59,381 bases of DNA from Macrostomum lignano (taxonomy: Eukaryota): contig NIVC01001466.1 in assembly GCA_002269645.1 (NCBI GenBank), positions 1 to 59,381 of the forward strand, given 5' to 3'. Of the stretch, positions 1 through 13,059 are shown piece after piece. The translations under genes were made by a program, and so were the position numbers. The notes under the pieces were generated by a model. That model searched no databases. It was not told the DNA's origin and saw only the letters and a program-made list of their open reading frames with translations. The stretch's first letter is position 1, and the number at the start of each line of letters is the position of its first letter.

Positions 1-68
1 GATTAAGAATAGATGATATGAAAGAGCAAGTGGGAAGGTAGAAGGAAACATGAGACGAGTTTAGCTGC

Positions 69-105
<37 letters not shown>

Positions 106-334
106 TGTGTCTAACAGTTAGGTCTATTTTTTACCTCATCGATATATTCCTTAATAGGGAGTTGAAAGTACGCTGGCTCTCTGCAGTTTTCTGTCTGTCC
201 AATGCGCACACAGCTTAGGAGAGAGATGAACTAGGAGAAGCGTGGCATAGAAGCAGGTGCAGCCTAAGTTTCAGATCCTATTTTTAGCTCCCAAAATGCC
301 TAGCCTATAAGTTCAATCTTTCTGCTCAGTGTTA

Positions 335-348
335 GTCGCCCTGGCAAC
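335..348. promoter_or_regulatory. RFX X-box-like motif
   Basis: GTCGCCCTGGCAAC fits the RFX consensus GTNRCC-N(0-3)-RGYAAC; it lies ~1.2 kb upstream of the first recognisable calmodulin-like exon. Motif match only. Confidence 0.25.
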
Positions 349-995
349 TAAACCTGACTATACTAGCTAGATACAGCTTTTGAAAAAGAAACTTGCTCGT
401 CCGTCTATTATTCAAGCAAGAAGTTGCCCTGCATAAGCAATTAGTTTCAGCTGTAAAAAACGAAATAATTAAAAAAAATCTTCTAGAACCATTAGTGTGT
501 GAGTGCGATTTGTGTAATGATTCTTGTGTATTTTTTTATTAATGCAACCCTTGATTTAAGTTTAAGTTTTAAGTTATGTATGGATGGAGTTGAATGTATG
601 TAATGGGGGGGGTAGCCATCCCGCTGAGGATGCGGGGTCAGATGTTACTTTGTCACTCTTACATTTTGGAGCTAATACCTTTTCTTTGGTGCTAAATTGG
701 CGCCAAAAGCCTTTCCAGTAGCACTTAGTTGGCGCCAAACCTTTTCTGTACGCGCTACATTGGCGCCAAAAATTATTTTAAAGAGGCTTAATCTCTTTGC
801 TAAAACGCTAAACTGATACCAAGCTGTTGGTCAGTGAGTAAGACTCTTAATTTCTGTCAAAATTATTTCTTAGTGCTGGTTTCAAGTATCGAAATTTTCA
901 TTAAGTTTCAACCACGTATTTGTCGAGAGGTTTTTTGTGTATTTTCTTTTGAAAATGAATTGTTTCTCTTTCTGGTTCTAATTAGATTAAGGAAG

Positions 996-1122
996 ACTGA
1001 CAGACAGACAGGGCAGACAGACAGACAGACAGACAGACAGCAGGCAGACAGACAGACAGACGACAGACAGACAGGCAAGCAGGCAGACTCTGAAACGGTA
1101 GACAAATAGATAGACTGACAGA
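996..1122. repeat. (GACA)n microsatellite
   Basis: Imperfect GACA/GGCA run. Confidence 0.9.
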
Positions 1123-1557
1123 CAATTCGCTGTCGCCATACTGTATCAAAATTGATAGAAAATTTAAGTTGCGAAGTCAATCCGAAGCCATCAAGCCACG
1201 AATTGTATCGAGGCGCAAGAATCCGCCGGTTAAATTTGTAGGCTTATGTTTTTTCTAGCATTTTTATTGTCTAATACTTATAGCACTCCTGAAGTTGTGA
1301 ATTTTGTCAAGGATGTCCCGTTTTTGAATTGATACAAAGTTAGCAGTAGCATGTTGATAGACAGCTACGTTTTAAAGAATTAAAAACACCTTCGCTACAA
1401 TGATTGCTGATATTTTCCATCAGGCGATACGGCTGTGCTTAGATCATGTAAAGAATAATCGTTGAAGAAGAAATAAAACAAAGTTTATTGCTTGTTATAA
1501 TTCGAATATACCCGGTTCGTTTAAAAGCTTGTTGGAGTTCGTTACCAAGATTTCAAG

Positions 1558-1754
1558 CTCGTGTGCAATAATGAGTTATCGGCAACGCCAGACACCGCTG
1601 CGTGTTCAACAGCCGCCAGCTCTTCAGCTGCTGGTCAAAAGCTTCGACAACAGCAGCAGCAGTCTGCAGGCTCGGCGTCTACATCGTCTGGAGTGAGCAG
1701 CTCGAATTCGTCCAGTTACTGCGATGCTCAGCGCCCAGCTCATCGGGTGGCAAG
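1558..1754 (+). CDS. Putative upstream Ser/Ala/Gln-rich exon of the calmodulin-like gene (needs a 1-nt frameshift)
   Basis: GC-rich island with acceptor TTTCAAG| and strong donor AAG|GTGAGA. Reads ...AAGQKLRQQQQQSAGSASTSSGVSSSNSSSYCDA, then in another frame SAPSSSGGK, which ends in phase 0 and matches exon 5180. Confidence 0.45.
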
Positions 1755-1798
1755 GTGAGAGTTGACAACTGGTAAACTGGATGCACATTGCACATGCA

Positions 1799-3625
1799 GA
1801 TCTAGTGTAGATTGGGAACTAGATCTGATGTAGATTGGGAATTAGATCTGATGTAGATTGGAAATTAGATCTGATGTAGATTGGGAATTAGATCTGATGT
1901 AGATTGGGAATTAGATCTGATGTAGATTGGAAATTAGATCTGATGTAGATTGGGAATTAGATCTGATGTAGATTGGGAATTAGATCTGATGTAGATTGGA
2001 AATTAGATCTGATGTAGATTGGAAATTAGATCTGATGTAGATTGGGAATTAGATCTGATGTAGATTGGAATTAGATCTGATGTAGATTGGGAATTAGATC
2101 TGATGTAGATTGGGAATTAGATCTGATATAGATTGGGAATTAGATCCGATGTGGATTAGGAATTAGATCTAGTGTAGATTAGTAACTAGATGATGTAGAT
2201 TAGGAATTAGATCTGATGTAGATTGGGAATTAGATCTGATGTAGATTGGGTAGTAGATCTGATGTAGATTGGGAATTAGATCTGATATAGATTGGGAATT
2301 AAATCTGATGTAGATTGGGGATTAGATCTGATGTAGATTAGGAATTAGATCTAGTGTAGATTGGGAACTAGATCTGATGTAAATTAGGAATTAGATCTGA
2401 TATAGATTGGGAATTAGATCTGATATATATTAGTAACTAGATGATGTAGATTAGGAAATAGATCTGATGTAGATTAGGAATTAGATCTAATCTAGATTGG
2501 GAATTAGATCTGATATAGATTAGTAACTAGATGATGTAGATTAGGAATTAGATCTGATGTAGATTGGGAATTAGATCTGATATAGATTGGGAATTAGATC
2601 TGATGTAGATTGGGTAGTAGATCTGGTATGGATTGGGTAGTAGATCTGGTATGGATTGGATAGTAGATCTGGTATGGATTGGGTAGTAGATCTGGTATAG
2701 ATTGGGTAGTAGATCTGGTATGGATTGGGTAGTAGATCTGGTATGGATTGGGTAGTAGATCTGGTATGGATTGGGTAGTAGATCTGGTATGGATTGGGTA
2801 GTAGATCTGGTATGGATTGGGTAGTAGATCTGGTATAGATTGGATAGTAGATCTGGTATGGATTAGGTAGTAGATCTGGTATGGATTGGGTAGTAGATCT
2901 GGTATGGATTGGGTAGTAGATCTGGTATGGATTGGGTAGTAGATCTGGTATGGATTGGGTAGTAGATCTGGTATGGATTGGGTAGTAGATCTGGTATGGA
3001 TTGGGTAGTAGATCTGGTATGGATTGGATAGTAGATCTGGCATGGATTGGGTAGTAGATCTGGTATGGATTGGGTAGTAGATCTGGTATGGATTGGGTAG
3101 TAGATCTGGTATGGATTGGGTAGTAGATCTGGTATAGATTGGGTAGTAGATCTGGTATGGATTAGGTAGTAGATCTGGTATGGATTGGGTAGTAGATCTG
3201 GTATGGATTGGGTAGTAGATCTGGTATGGATTGGGTAGTAGATCTGGTATGGATTGGGTAGTAGATCTGGTATGGATTGGGTAGTAGATCTGGTATGGAT
3301 TGGGTAGTAGATCTGGTATGGATTGGGTAGTAGATCTGGTATGGATTGGGTAGTAGATCTGGTATGGATTGGGTAGTAGATCTGGTATGGATTGGGTAGT
3401 AGATCTGGTATGGATTGGGTAGTAGATCTGGTATGGATTGGATAGTAGATCTGGTATGGATTGGGTAGTAGATCTGGTATAGATTGGGTAGTAGATCTGG
3501 TATAGATTGGGTAGTAGATCTGGTATAGATTGGGTAATAGATCTGGTATGGATTAGGTAGTAGATCTGGTATGGATTGGGTAGTAGATCTGGTATGGATT
3601 GGGAGCTAGATCTGATGATATATAT
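1799..3625. repeat. 23-bp minisatellite with two sub-arrays
   Basis: AGATCTGATGTAGATTGGGAATT up to ~2610, then AGATCTGGTATGGATTGGGTAGT. Confidence 0.95.
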
Positions 3626-4067
3626 TGGGAAATAAATCTTTTGTAGCCTAGGAAAGTAAAAAAGACTGAAATTTTGATTAAATAGAAAGCTTTGTAATAT
3701 TTTATTGGTAGGCATTATTTATGCGAAATATTGATAATTTAATACTGGCATATATTTAGACTAATGGAATAGATGATAAATCATCTGTATAATTTCCTAT
3801 ATGCTATAATTAAATGCATTTATGCTGCTATTCATAGAGGTTACCCTCCGACTGTTTTATCAAAATTTAGTCTTTTGTTATCTCACAGGAATTAGCCCAG
3901 TGTATATAAATAGTCTAATGCTGATAGATATAATTAAATAGTTCGATGCAATTTAATTTTTTTAAATAGACGTATTTGATTTTGCCTATCCGTCTAAATA
4001 TAAACTAATTGCTATAATCCACGCTCCTCTCTCAGTTCTCTACCCGCTCCTCTACCCTGAGCCTTTT

Positions 4068-5025
4068 ATAGCCGGACATCTCTACCACAGACCTCTCTGC
4101 CACAGGAATCTCTATCCTAGACCTCTGTACAGACATCTCTATCCTAGACCTCTGTACCACAGAAATCTCTATCCTAGACCTCTGTACCACAGACATCTCT
4201 TATCCTAGACCTCTGTACCACAGACATCTCTATCCTAGACCTCTGTACCACAGACATCTCTACCCTAGACCTCTGTACCACAGAATCTCTATCCTAGACC
4301 TCTGTACCACAGAAATCTCTATCCTAGACCTCTGTACCACAGACATCTCTATCCTAGACCTCTGTACCACAGAATCTCTATCCTAGACATCTGTACCACA
4401 GACATCTCTATCCTAGACCTCTGTACCACAGACATCTCTATCCTAGACCTCTGTACCACAGACATCTCTATCCTAGACCTCTGTACCACAGACATCTCTA
4501 TCCTAGACCTCTGTACCACAGAAATCTCTATCCTAGACCTCTGTACCACAGACATCTCTATCCTAGACCTCTGTACCACAGACATCTCTATCCTAGACCT
4601 CTGTACCACAGACATCTCTATCCTAGACCTCTGTACCACAGAAATCTCTATCCTAGACCTCTGTACCACAGACATCTCTATCCTAGACCTCTGTACCACA
4701 GACATCTCTATCCTAGACCTCTGTACCACAGACATATCTATCCTAGACCTCTGTACCACAGACATCTCTATCCTAGACCTCTGTACCACAGACATATCTA
4801 TCCTAGACCTCTGTACCACAGACATCTCTACCCTAGACCTCTGTACCACAGACACCTCTACCCTAGACCTCTGTACCACAGACATCTCTACCACAGACCA
4901 CTGCACCACAGACATCTCTATCCTAGACCTCTGTACCACAGACATCTCTACCACAGACCTCTGTACCACAGACATCTCTACCCTAGACCTCTGTACCACA
5001 GACATCTCTACCCTAGACCTCTCTA
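4068..5025. repeat. 30-bp minisatellite (two related 15-mers)
   Basis: Unit GACATCTCTATCCTA-GACCTCTGTACCACA; explains the 10-aa periodic ORF 4349-5005. Confidence 0.95.
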
Positions 5026-5179
5026 TCTCGCATCTTTATCTTGGCAGCAATTTAAGAAAAGCATCGTACGCGTTAACGAGCGTAGTGTAAATAATATTAT
5101 CAGAGCCAGTTAATTCTGTTTTGCACAAGCAATACAGATTTATCTATAAAATATTCTTATCTTGTTTGTCAAATCTCAG

Positions 5180-5236
5180 GTAGCAACAGCAGCAGCAACA
5201 TCCAGTGCCAACGGAAATGGTTGCCCGGCCTCTGCT
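5180..5236 (+). CDS. Putative calmodulin-like gene N-terminal exon (VATAAATSSANGNGCPASA)
   Basis: TCTCAG| acceptor, |GTAAGG donor, open in phase 0-0, in frame with exon 5415. Confidence 0.55.
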
Positions 5237-5414
5237 GTAAGGATGCTTGATTTACTTATATTTATATTAAAAAAATTGTAATTTTATTTTTTTCAAACTG
5301 CTTAATGCTATTCTGGCTACTTAGTCAGTGTTTAATTAGTAGCAATGTAAGGAAACGAACTGTAGTTTAATCATACAAATTTTATCACTTGTGGTATTTT
5401 AACTTTACTTTCAG

Positions 5415-5454
5415 AACGGAGATGACAACTATTTTTCTAGCGGTACAATGAGAT
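5415..5454 (+). CDS. Putative calmodulin-like gene N-terminal exon (NGDDNYFSSGTMR)
   Basis: TTACTTTCAG| acceptor, |GTGAGT donor, phase 0-1, compatible with exons 8245, 9405 and 13980. Confidence 0.6.
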
Positions 5455-5589
5455 GTGAGTTTAATTTAACTATTATTTAATTTTCTTGCAAGCGCGAGAA
5501 ATGGTTTCTGTTCGTTTGTCTTGTTAGAGAATATTATCGATTCTGATCGAGTGAATCTGAGAGCAGATCACAGTTTCCTTCTCGTCTCA

Positions 5590-5629
<40 letters not shown>

Positions 5630-5789
5630 CATGGCACTTGTCTTGTGTACTCGGGTTTCCAATCAGTGCCTACACGATGAAAACCTTTTCTCTTGGATGT
5701 CTGTCTCTGATTTGGGTTTTTGGCGTGTTCTCTCCTGACCTCTTCTTGTTGCTGCCTGCTTTGTTTCTCAAGTGCTTGGCGAATGTGTT

Positions 5790-5885
5790 TATGTGTCTGT
5801 CTGTGTCTCTGTCTGCCTGTCTGTTTGTCTGTGTGTCTCTGTTGTCTGTGTGTCTGTCTGTCTGTTTGTTTATCTGTCTGTTTCT

Positions 5886-5930
<45 letters not shown>

Positions 5931-6011
5931 TTATCTGTCTGTGTCTCTTTCTGTCTGTCTGTCTGTCTGTCTGTGTCTCTGTCTGCCTGTCTGTCTGTCT
6001 GTGTGTCTCTG

Positions 6012-6063
<52 letters not shown>

Positions 6064-6072
6064 GTGTCTCTG

Positions 6073-6130
<58 letters not shown>

Positions 6131-6172
6131 GCCTGTCTGTTTGTCTGTCTGTTGTCTGTCTGTGTGTCTCTG

Positions 6173-6208
<36 letters not shown>

Positions 6209-6219
6209 GTCTGTCTCTT

Positions 6220-6252
<33 letters not shown>

Positions 6253-6261
6253 GTGTCTCGG

Positions 6262-6304
<43 letters not shown>

Positions 6305-6306
6305 AG

Positions 6307-6349
<43 letters not shown>

Positions 6350-6400
6350 TCTGTCGTCTGTCTGTCTGTCTGTCTGTCTGTCTGTTCTGTCTGTCTGTTT
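5790..6400. repeat. (TGTC)n microsatellite; (CT)n nearby at ~5593-5627
   Basis: Long TGTC run; source of the spurious SVCL/QTDR ORFs. Confidence 0.95.
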
Positions 6401-7099
6401 GCGTGTATTTCCTGTCCCTCGTGTGCTGCATTGTAGGTTTCTGTCATGGCACATCAACTTTATAAATATGTTTTTTTGCATTCTAATTTTCTACTTCGGA
6501 TGCGAAATCGCACCCCGTTTTTCCCAAACTGAATGCCATTTAGTTTAAGTTTCATATTTTCCGTAGTTTTATTTCATTTATAGTAACAAAATTTTCAAAC
6601 TTGTGGGAATCTCTTTGCATTTCAACAGTATACGGTCTTGCCAATTATTAAATTTGAGTAATCTGTATGTAAACATGGAGCCTGAAGACTTCTGATGTAA
6701 ATTGGAGGACATTGCGGGCTGTTGCATATATCCCCAGTCATCAGTATGTTAAAGATTGCTGCAAAACTTTGCTTAGTAAAAATAGAATGAGAAGTTAGGT
6801 TCCAAATCGCTGAAAGCCTTAGCCTAAGCCCTAAGTCTAGATGATGGCTTTGTGTCCGGATTCCATTTATAACCTCAGCTGAATGCAGATTAACAAAGTG
6901 TCAGCATGTGCACACTCAGATTTAAAATGGCAACTCATTCAATAGAAAGGAAGCTTAAAGTCCCTGACACACTGATGCATAGGGTAGCGCTTTTATACTG
7001 GTCATTAAGTGATTCTGGCAACTCTTTTACGAGTACTCGTGCGACTTCATGTGATGACTAAATTTTATTTATAACCGAGGCTAAGTGGAATTAAGAGAA

Positions 7100-7640
7100 T
7101 GCTAGAGAGGAGATGAAATAGCTTGAGACAGGAGATTAATGAATTTTTGAGGGTAATGAAGGGTTGAGAAAAGAGATGAAGGGAGGCTGGGAGAACCGAA
7201 TGAGATGAAAGAATGCTGAGAGAATCTGATCAGATGAAGGGATGCTGGGAGAATCGGATGAGATGAAGGATGCTGAGAGAACGAATGAGATGAAGGGATG
7301 CTGATAAAATCTGATCAGATGAAGGGATGCTGGAGAATGAATGAGATGAAGGAATGCTGAGAGAATCTGGTCAGATGAAGGGAGCTGTGACAATGAATGA
7401 GATGAAGGAATGCTGAGAGAATCTGTTCAGATGAAGGAATGCAGAGAGAATCTGATCAGATGAAGGGAGGCTGGGAGAATCGAATAAGAAGAAGGACTGC
7501 TGAGAGAATCTGGTCAGATGAAGGGAGGCTGGGAGAATCTGGTCAGATGAAGGGAGGCTGGGAGAATCGGATGAGATGAAGGGATGCTGAAGTAATCGAA
7601 TGAGATGAAGGAATGCTGAGAGAATCTGATCAGATGAAGG
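7100..7640. repeat. Purine-rich degenerate minisatellite (GAGAATCTGATCAGATGAAGGGA family)
   Basis: Repeated AGATGAAGGGA(T/G)GCTG(A/G)GAGAATC; related to the 9950-10630 array. Confidence 0.85.
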
Positions 7641-8244
7641 AGCCTGGGAGCAGCTTACGCATGCATAAAAATATCATATGAAATCTGTCATGACCGCTTT
7701 GAAATCTGTCAGATACTCCTTGCTAGCGCAAGGGAGCTGAGGTTGAGCTGACTTTAGAAGAGAGGGAGAGCGAGGGTTGACGAGAGGGTAAAACGGAGTG
7801 AGGCGGTGTGCTTCGCCTCAGCACTGAGGCACCCCCTTTCTGCTTCTAGGCGCTGCCGACGCCTCCTGATTGGCTCAAAAAGGCGGTCTTCGATCTGCTC
7901 TGAAAGCAGAAAAGTTCCTTCCAGTCGTCTCCCCCCTCCCCTGTCTCCGATTCGATAGCGAACCGTATTTTAGTGGATAAAGTTTTTATGTCAGTCCTAA
8001 ACGAACGTGTCAAGAATATTCTAAAAGGCGAATCTCGTAAGCTCTTTCTGTTGTCCCTGTCAACAGCAGTCCTCGGTACAATCCAACAGCCTTGTTTCTG
8101 TTCCATCTTAGATAAATATTTTCTTCTATGCGAGAAGCATCGCAGCAAATAAAAATTATTGTCAATTAGTTTTGGTCTCTGCGTTAGTTATCTATTCAGC
8201 AACTTTTACTATAGAGATAACTTAGGGAGTCACCTTGGTGACAG

Positions 8245-8313
8245 TTGCTATGGCTCAGAGCAACGGAGGCAGCTCTGCGGGGTCGCAGCCGCAGCAGCAG
8301 CCAAGCGACAAAA
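8245..8313 (+). CDS. Calmodulin-like gene exon, internal or alternative first exon (MAQSNGGSSAGSQPQQQPSDK)
   Basis: GACAG| acceptor, in-frame ATG at 8250, A|GTGAGT phase-1 donor that joins exon 13980 in frame. A CCAAT-type CTGATTGG lies at ~7866. Confidence 0.7.
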
Positions 8314-8419
8314 GTGAGTAGATGTGCTTTTTTGGTTGCGTCTGTGTGCCAGTGCGACACTTCATCATTTCCAAAATCATATAAAATTTGTTACTCGATT
8401 GCTAAATTAAATTTCTTTC

Positions 8420-9200
8420 CTTTCCTGTCTACCCTCTCTCCTGTACCCTCCTTCTCTACCCTATCTACCCTCCTCTCTACCCTCTTTCTCTACCTCTCTC
8501 CCTGTACCCTCCCTCTCTACCCTCTCTCCCTGTACCCTCCTTCTCTACCCTATCTACCCTCCCTCTCTACCCTCTCTCCCTGTACCCTCCTTCTCTACCC
8601 TATCTACCCTCCCTCTCTACCCTCTCTCCCTGTACCCTCCCTCTCTACCCTCCTTCTCTACCTCTTTCCCTGTACCCTCCTTCTCTACCCTCTCTCCCTG
8701 TACCCTCCTCTACCCTCTCTCCCTGTACCCTCCTTCTCTACCCTCTCTCCCTGTACCCTCCTTCTCTACCCTCTCTCCCTGTACCCTCCTTCTCTACCCT
8801 CTCTACCCTCCCTCTCTACCCTCTCTCCCTCTACCCTCCCTCTCTACTCTTTTCTACTTTCTTTTCTCTCCCTACCATCTCTCTTCCTCTACCCTCTACC
8901 CTCTCTCCCTCAACCTTCTGCCTCTCTCCTTACGTAGTCTCTCTCCCTTTCTCCCTTTCTCCCTCTCTACTCTCTCTCTCCCTCTACCTCCCTCTCTACC
9001 CTCCCTCTCTACCCTCTCCCTCTACCCTCCCTCTCTACCCTCCCTCTCTACCCTCTCCCTCTACCCTCTCTCCCTCTACTCTCTCCTCTCCCTCTCTACC
9101 CTCTCCCTCTCCACCCTCCCTCTCTACCCTCTCCCTTTCTACCCTGTCCCTCTCTTTCTCCATGTCTACTTTCCCTCCCTTTCCCTCTCTACCATCTCCC
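8420..9200. repeat. Pyrimidine-rich minisatellite (CTCTACCCTCTCTCCCTGTACCCTCC)
   Basis: Repeated CT-rich units. Confidence 0.9.
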
Positions 9201-9404
9201 TTTCTACAGTTTTAAAAATTTCCTTTCTGTCATACTATTTCCCCCCCTCAAATCTCCCTCACAGCAGTCTATCCTTTCTCTATCTTTCCACTCTCTCCCC
9301 CCTCTTCGTGTTCTCGGAAACTTTTAGAATCTTGGGACACGTCTGCCCTCAATAGAGCTCCAATTGGCAACCCTGAACCGCCTCTCCACCCTCCCTCCAT
9401 CCAG

Positions 9405-9614
9405 TGCAAAGGCGTTCAACTACGATTCTTCGTCTCGAGTCTCATTCTTTCTTGAGCAGAAAAATCTCTTACACTTTCTCGCCCTCGCCCTCGCCCTCGC
9501 CTCGCCCTCGCCCTCGCCCTCGCCTTCACAGGCACGCACGCCCGTGCACACAGCCTGTTCAGCATCGCCCTGATTGCCCTGAGCTCCTCCCCGGCTCCTC
9601 TATATCGGGGATGG
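9405..9614 (+). CDS. Putative 210-nt symmetrical (phase 1-1) cassette exon of the calmodulin-like gene
   Basis: Pyrimidine tract plus CCAG| acceptor, open frame with SPSPSPRPRPR from a (CGCCCT)n run, donor ATG G|GTAAGG. Confidence 0.5.
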
Positions 9615-9949
9615 GTAAGGGAAACTAGGCTACAAGTCTACGCATCCCGAGCTAGAAGCTCTGTCTCCCCTCTCCCCTCCCCTCTCCCCTCTCTCTCTCC
9701 CCTCTTCCTCTTGAGAAGTTCTGCTCGCCGACTAGAAGCGGCCCTAATGAGTAGGAGGGGGAGGGGGAGTGATGAAGAAGACGAGAAATGCAGAAGCCTA
9801 AAAAAAGCCTTTCCCAAACTCCAAACTCCTCATCCTCCTCCAGCGGCAACCGAGTTTCTCAAGTGTCCCCCATATAGTTTGCTAGCTGTAATAGTTTAAT
9901 ACTATCTCACGCTTCAACTCTTCCTTGCTAGCCTTATCTATACGAAAAT

Positions 9950-10630
9950 CGGATAAGATGAGAGATGAGATGAAGGGAGGCTGAGACGAGATAAAGGGCG
10001 GCTGAGAGAATCCGATGAGATGAAGGGAGGCTGAGAGAGGAGATGAATGAAGTATGAGAGAAAGGAGATGAAGGGAGGCTGAGACGAGATAAGGGCGGCT
10101 GGAGAGAAGTGAAGGGCGGCTGAGAGAATTCGATGAGATAAAGGGAGGCTGAGAGAATCCGATGAGATGAAGGGAGGCTGAGAGAATCCCATGAGATGAA
10201 GGGAGGCTGAGAGAGGAGATGAAGGCAGACAGGAGATGATGGGAGGCTGAGAGAATCCCATGAGATGAAGGGAGGCTAAGAGAATCCCATGAGATGAAGG
10301 AAGGCTGAGAGAGGAGATGAAGGCAGACAGGAGATGATGGGAGGCTGAGAGAATCCGATGAGATGAAGGGAGGCTGAGAGAATCCCATGAGATGAAGGAA
10401 GGCTGAGAGAGGAGATGAAGGCAGACAGGAGATGATGGGAGACTGAGAGAATCCCATGAGATAAAGGGAGGCGGAGAGAGGAGATAAAGGCAGACAGAGA
10501 GGAGATGAAGGGAGGCTGAGAGAGAAGATGAAGGCAGACAGAAAAGAGATAAAGGGAGGCTGAGAGAAGAGATAGAGGCCTGAGAAAAGAGATGAAGGGA
10601 GTTTGAGAGAAGAGATGAAAGGAGGCTGAG
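9950..10630. repeat. Purine-rich minisatellite (GAGATGAAGGGAGGCTGAGAGAATCC)
   Basis: Tandem degenerate units. Confidence 0.9.
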
Positions 10631-11149
10631 GGAGTTGTCTTATGCTGTGTATAATAGAATATAAAATAATCCTAATTTCAATTTTGTATAGATTTTTAGG
10701 TGTGTACACAAATTTCTATGCATCAATGTGCGGGAGTTTATATGTATGCAGTATTTATACGAGTATATAATTGTAAGATGGCGTGACTGACCAACTACGC
10801 CCATATCTAGAACTCTATTCTACTTCTCTACTGATCTACTGGTTCTCTACTGATTTGATTAGTTTGTACCTCCTTGCCTCTGCCTAAATCCTGATGTAGT
10901 ATGTTATGTATGTGTGGATGGTTGGATAAACCTGATACGGTTCTTGTTTAGCTGGGGCTGGTGGGCTGACTGCCGCACACACTCCTGATCTATCTATGCT
11001 CCGTTCCGAGGGCTAACACTGCAGATTGAAGTGTTGGAGCAAACTTTTATTATATGTGCATCTACTAAAGTTAGATTCATTTCCAGTGTTGCTCTGCGCA
11101 AGAGGGGATAGAAGAAATTTAGAGTTGCAAAATACATGAAGTGTGACGA

Positions 11150-11945
11150 AAGGAGAAGAGTGACGAAAAAGAGAAAAAACAAGGAGTTGACAAAATGAAG
11201 AGAGTGACAGATTATGGAGTAAGTGAGTGACAGATAATGGAGATGAAGTGACAGGATGAATATAGTGGGCGACAGAGGATAGAAATAGAGTGACAGAATG
11301 GAGATATAGGGTGACAGAGAATGAAGATAGAGAGTGACATGATGTGTTAGAGAGTGGCAGGGGATGGAGATAGAGAGTGACAGAGAATGGAGATAAAGAG
11401 TGACAGAAAATGAAGATAGAGAGTGACAGAATGGAGATAAAGAGTGACAGAATGGAGATAGAGAGTGAAAGATGATGGAGATAGAGTGACAGATGATGGA
11501 GATAGAGTGACAGATGATGGAGATAGAGAGTGACAGAGAATGGAGATAGAGAGTGACAGGATGGAGATAGAGTGACAGATTATGGATATAGAGAGTGACA
11601 GAGGATGGAGAAATGTATGGAGATAGAGTGACAGATGATGGAGATAGAGTGACAGATGATGGAGATAGAATGACAGATGATGGAGATAGAGAGTGACAGA
11701 GAATGGAGATAGAGAGTGACAGGATGGAGAAAGAGTGACAGATTATGGATATAGAGAGTGACAGAGGATGGAGAAATGTATGGAGATAGAGTGACAGATG
11801 ATGGAGATAGAGTGACAGATGATGGAGATAGAATGACAGATGATGGAGATAGAGAGTGACAGAGAATGGAGATAGAGAGTGACAGGATGGAGAAAGAGTG
11901 ACAGATTATGGATATAGAGAGTGACAGAGGATGGAGAAATGTAAA
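11150..11945. repeat. Purine-rich minisatellite (GAGTGACAGATGATGGAGATA)
   Basis: Tandem ~21-24-bp units. Confidence 0.9.
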
Positions 11946-13059
11946 AAACTCACACTGCCAGACAGTGATTGAAAAAATGATGAACTGCCGAAAATTCCTA
12001 CTCAAATATCAGAGATAGGAAATATGGGTAAATAATGTTGCAGTTTTGGCCTCAATAGCTAGACACTCGGGGAATAAAATTACAAAGGAATTTTATTACA
12101 AATCTGCAGTAAAATGGTCGTTAAGATGAGCCTTTTTAGAGTCTGTTCCTCCATAGCCGGGTAGACTGAAACATTTTTTTTCTGTAGCGATTTAACGAGC
12201 GGATTAAGCAATGCCAATAAAATTATTAGCAGTAGAGATCAAGCTAAACGAGGGGTGATACGAGATGGATAGAGATAAGGGAAAGGAGGAGATGTAAGAC
12301 AGGGTAATAATGCGAGATAAAGAGAGATGTAGATAGGAGGAGATAGAGAGGGACATTGAGATGCAGATAATGGGAGATAGAGAGGGAGATAGAGAGGAAG
12401 ATTGAGGAAGATAATGACAGAAATATAGAGAGATGTAAGAGAGAGATAGATTAAGAGAAGTAGATAGGAGTCTGGAAGCTAGTGAGAGGGAGAGGCCAGC
12501 TACCAGAGGCCGCAGATCCCAGTCTTAGTAGTCTGATTTTTAGCTGCAGGCTGCCTCCTCCCATTCCCAGCGCCATCCATCCCTACTTACTCTGACGTTA
12601 ACTTGAGCTGCAGCCGGATTTTGTATTAGAGGGTTTGGAATGATGATTCTGCGAAATAATACTCATTTCATCTCAGCGGAGGCGGCAAGAGGCGTCGATA
12701 TCCATCGCGACAAGAAACCTGATCCGACATTAGCTCGAATGAATGCTTGAAGCAAAGGCCGGCAGGATTTTCTGATTCATATATACGATCTTCAGCCTTG
12801 TTTTGCGTCAGAGCAGATGCCCGGGCAGGCAATGCAGAAGATGGAAAGCTCTCTCTCTCTCTCATTCGGAGATGCTGGTTTGGCGAGAGAGAAATCTGCG
12901 CTTCCTCTGACGTCAAGATTTTTTTCTCAATTCCGTTGATTAAATTGCCAATCGCCATTTTTGTGTAGGCATTGCCTGGTGTTGGCAATGCGATTTGGAT
13001 GGGGCCTCCCACTGCCCCTCATCTTTTTCCTGACTTCCGTTCTTGACTTTTTCCTTTCT

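Noticed and set aside
2594-6465. Long ORFs at 2594-3715, 4349-5005 and 5521-6465
   Set aside because: Their periodicity equals that of the underlying 23-bp, 30-bp and TGTC repeats.
12668-13012. 114-aa minus-strand ORF, or an extra + exon of the calmodulin-like gene
   Set aside because: No recognisable motif; the phase-1 reading from the nearest acceptor hits a stop.
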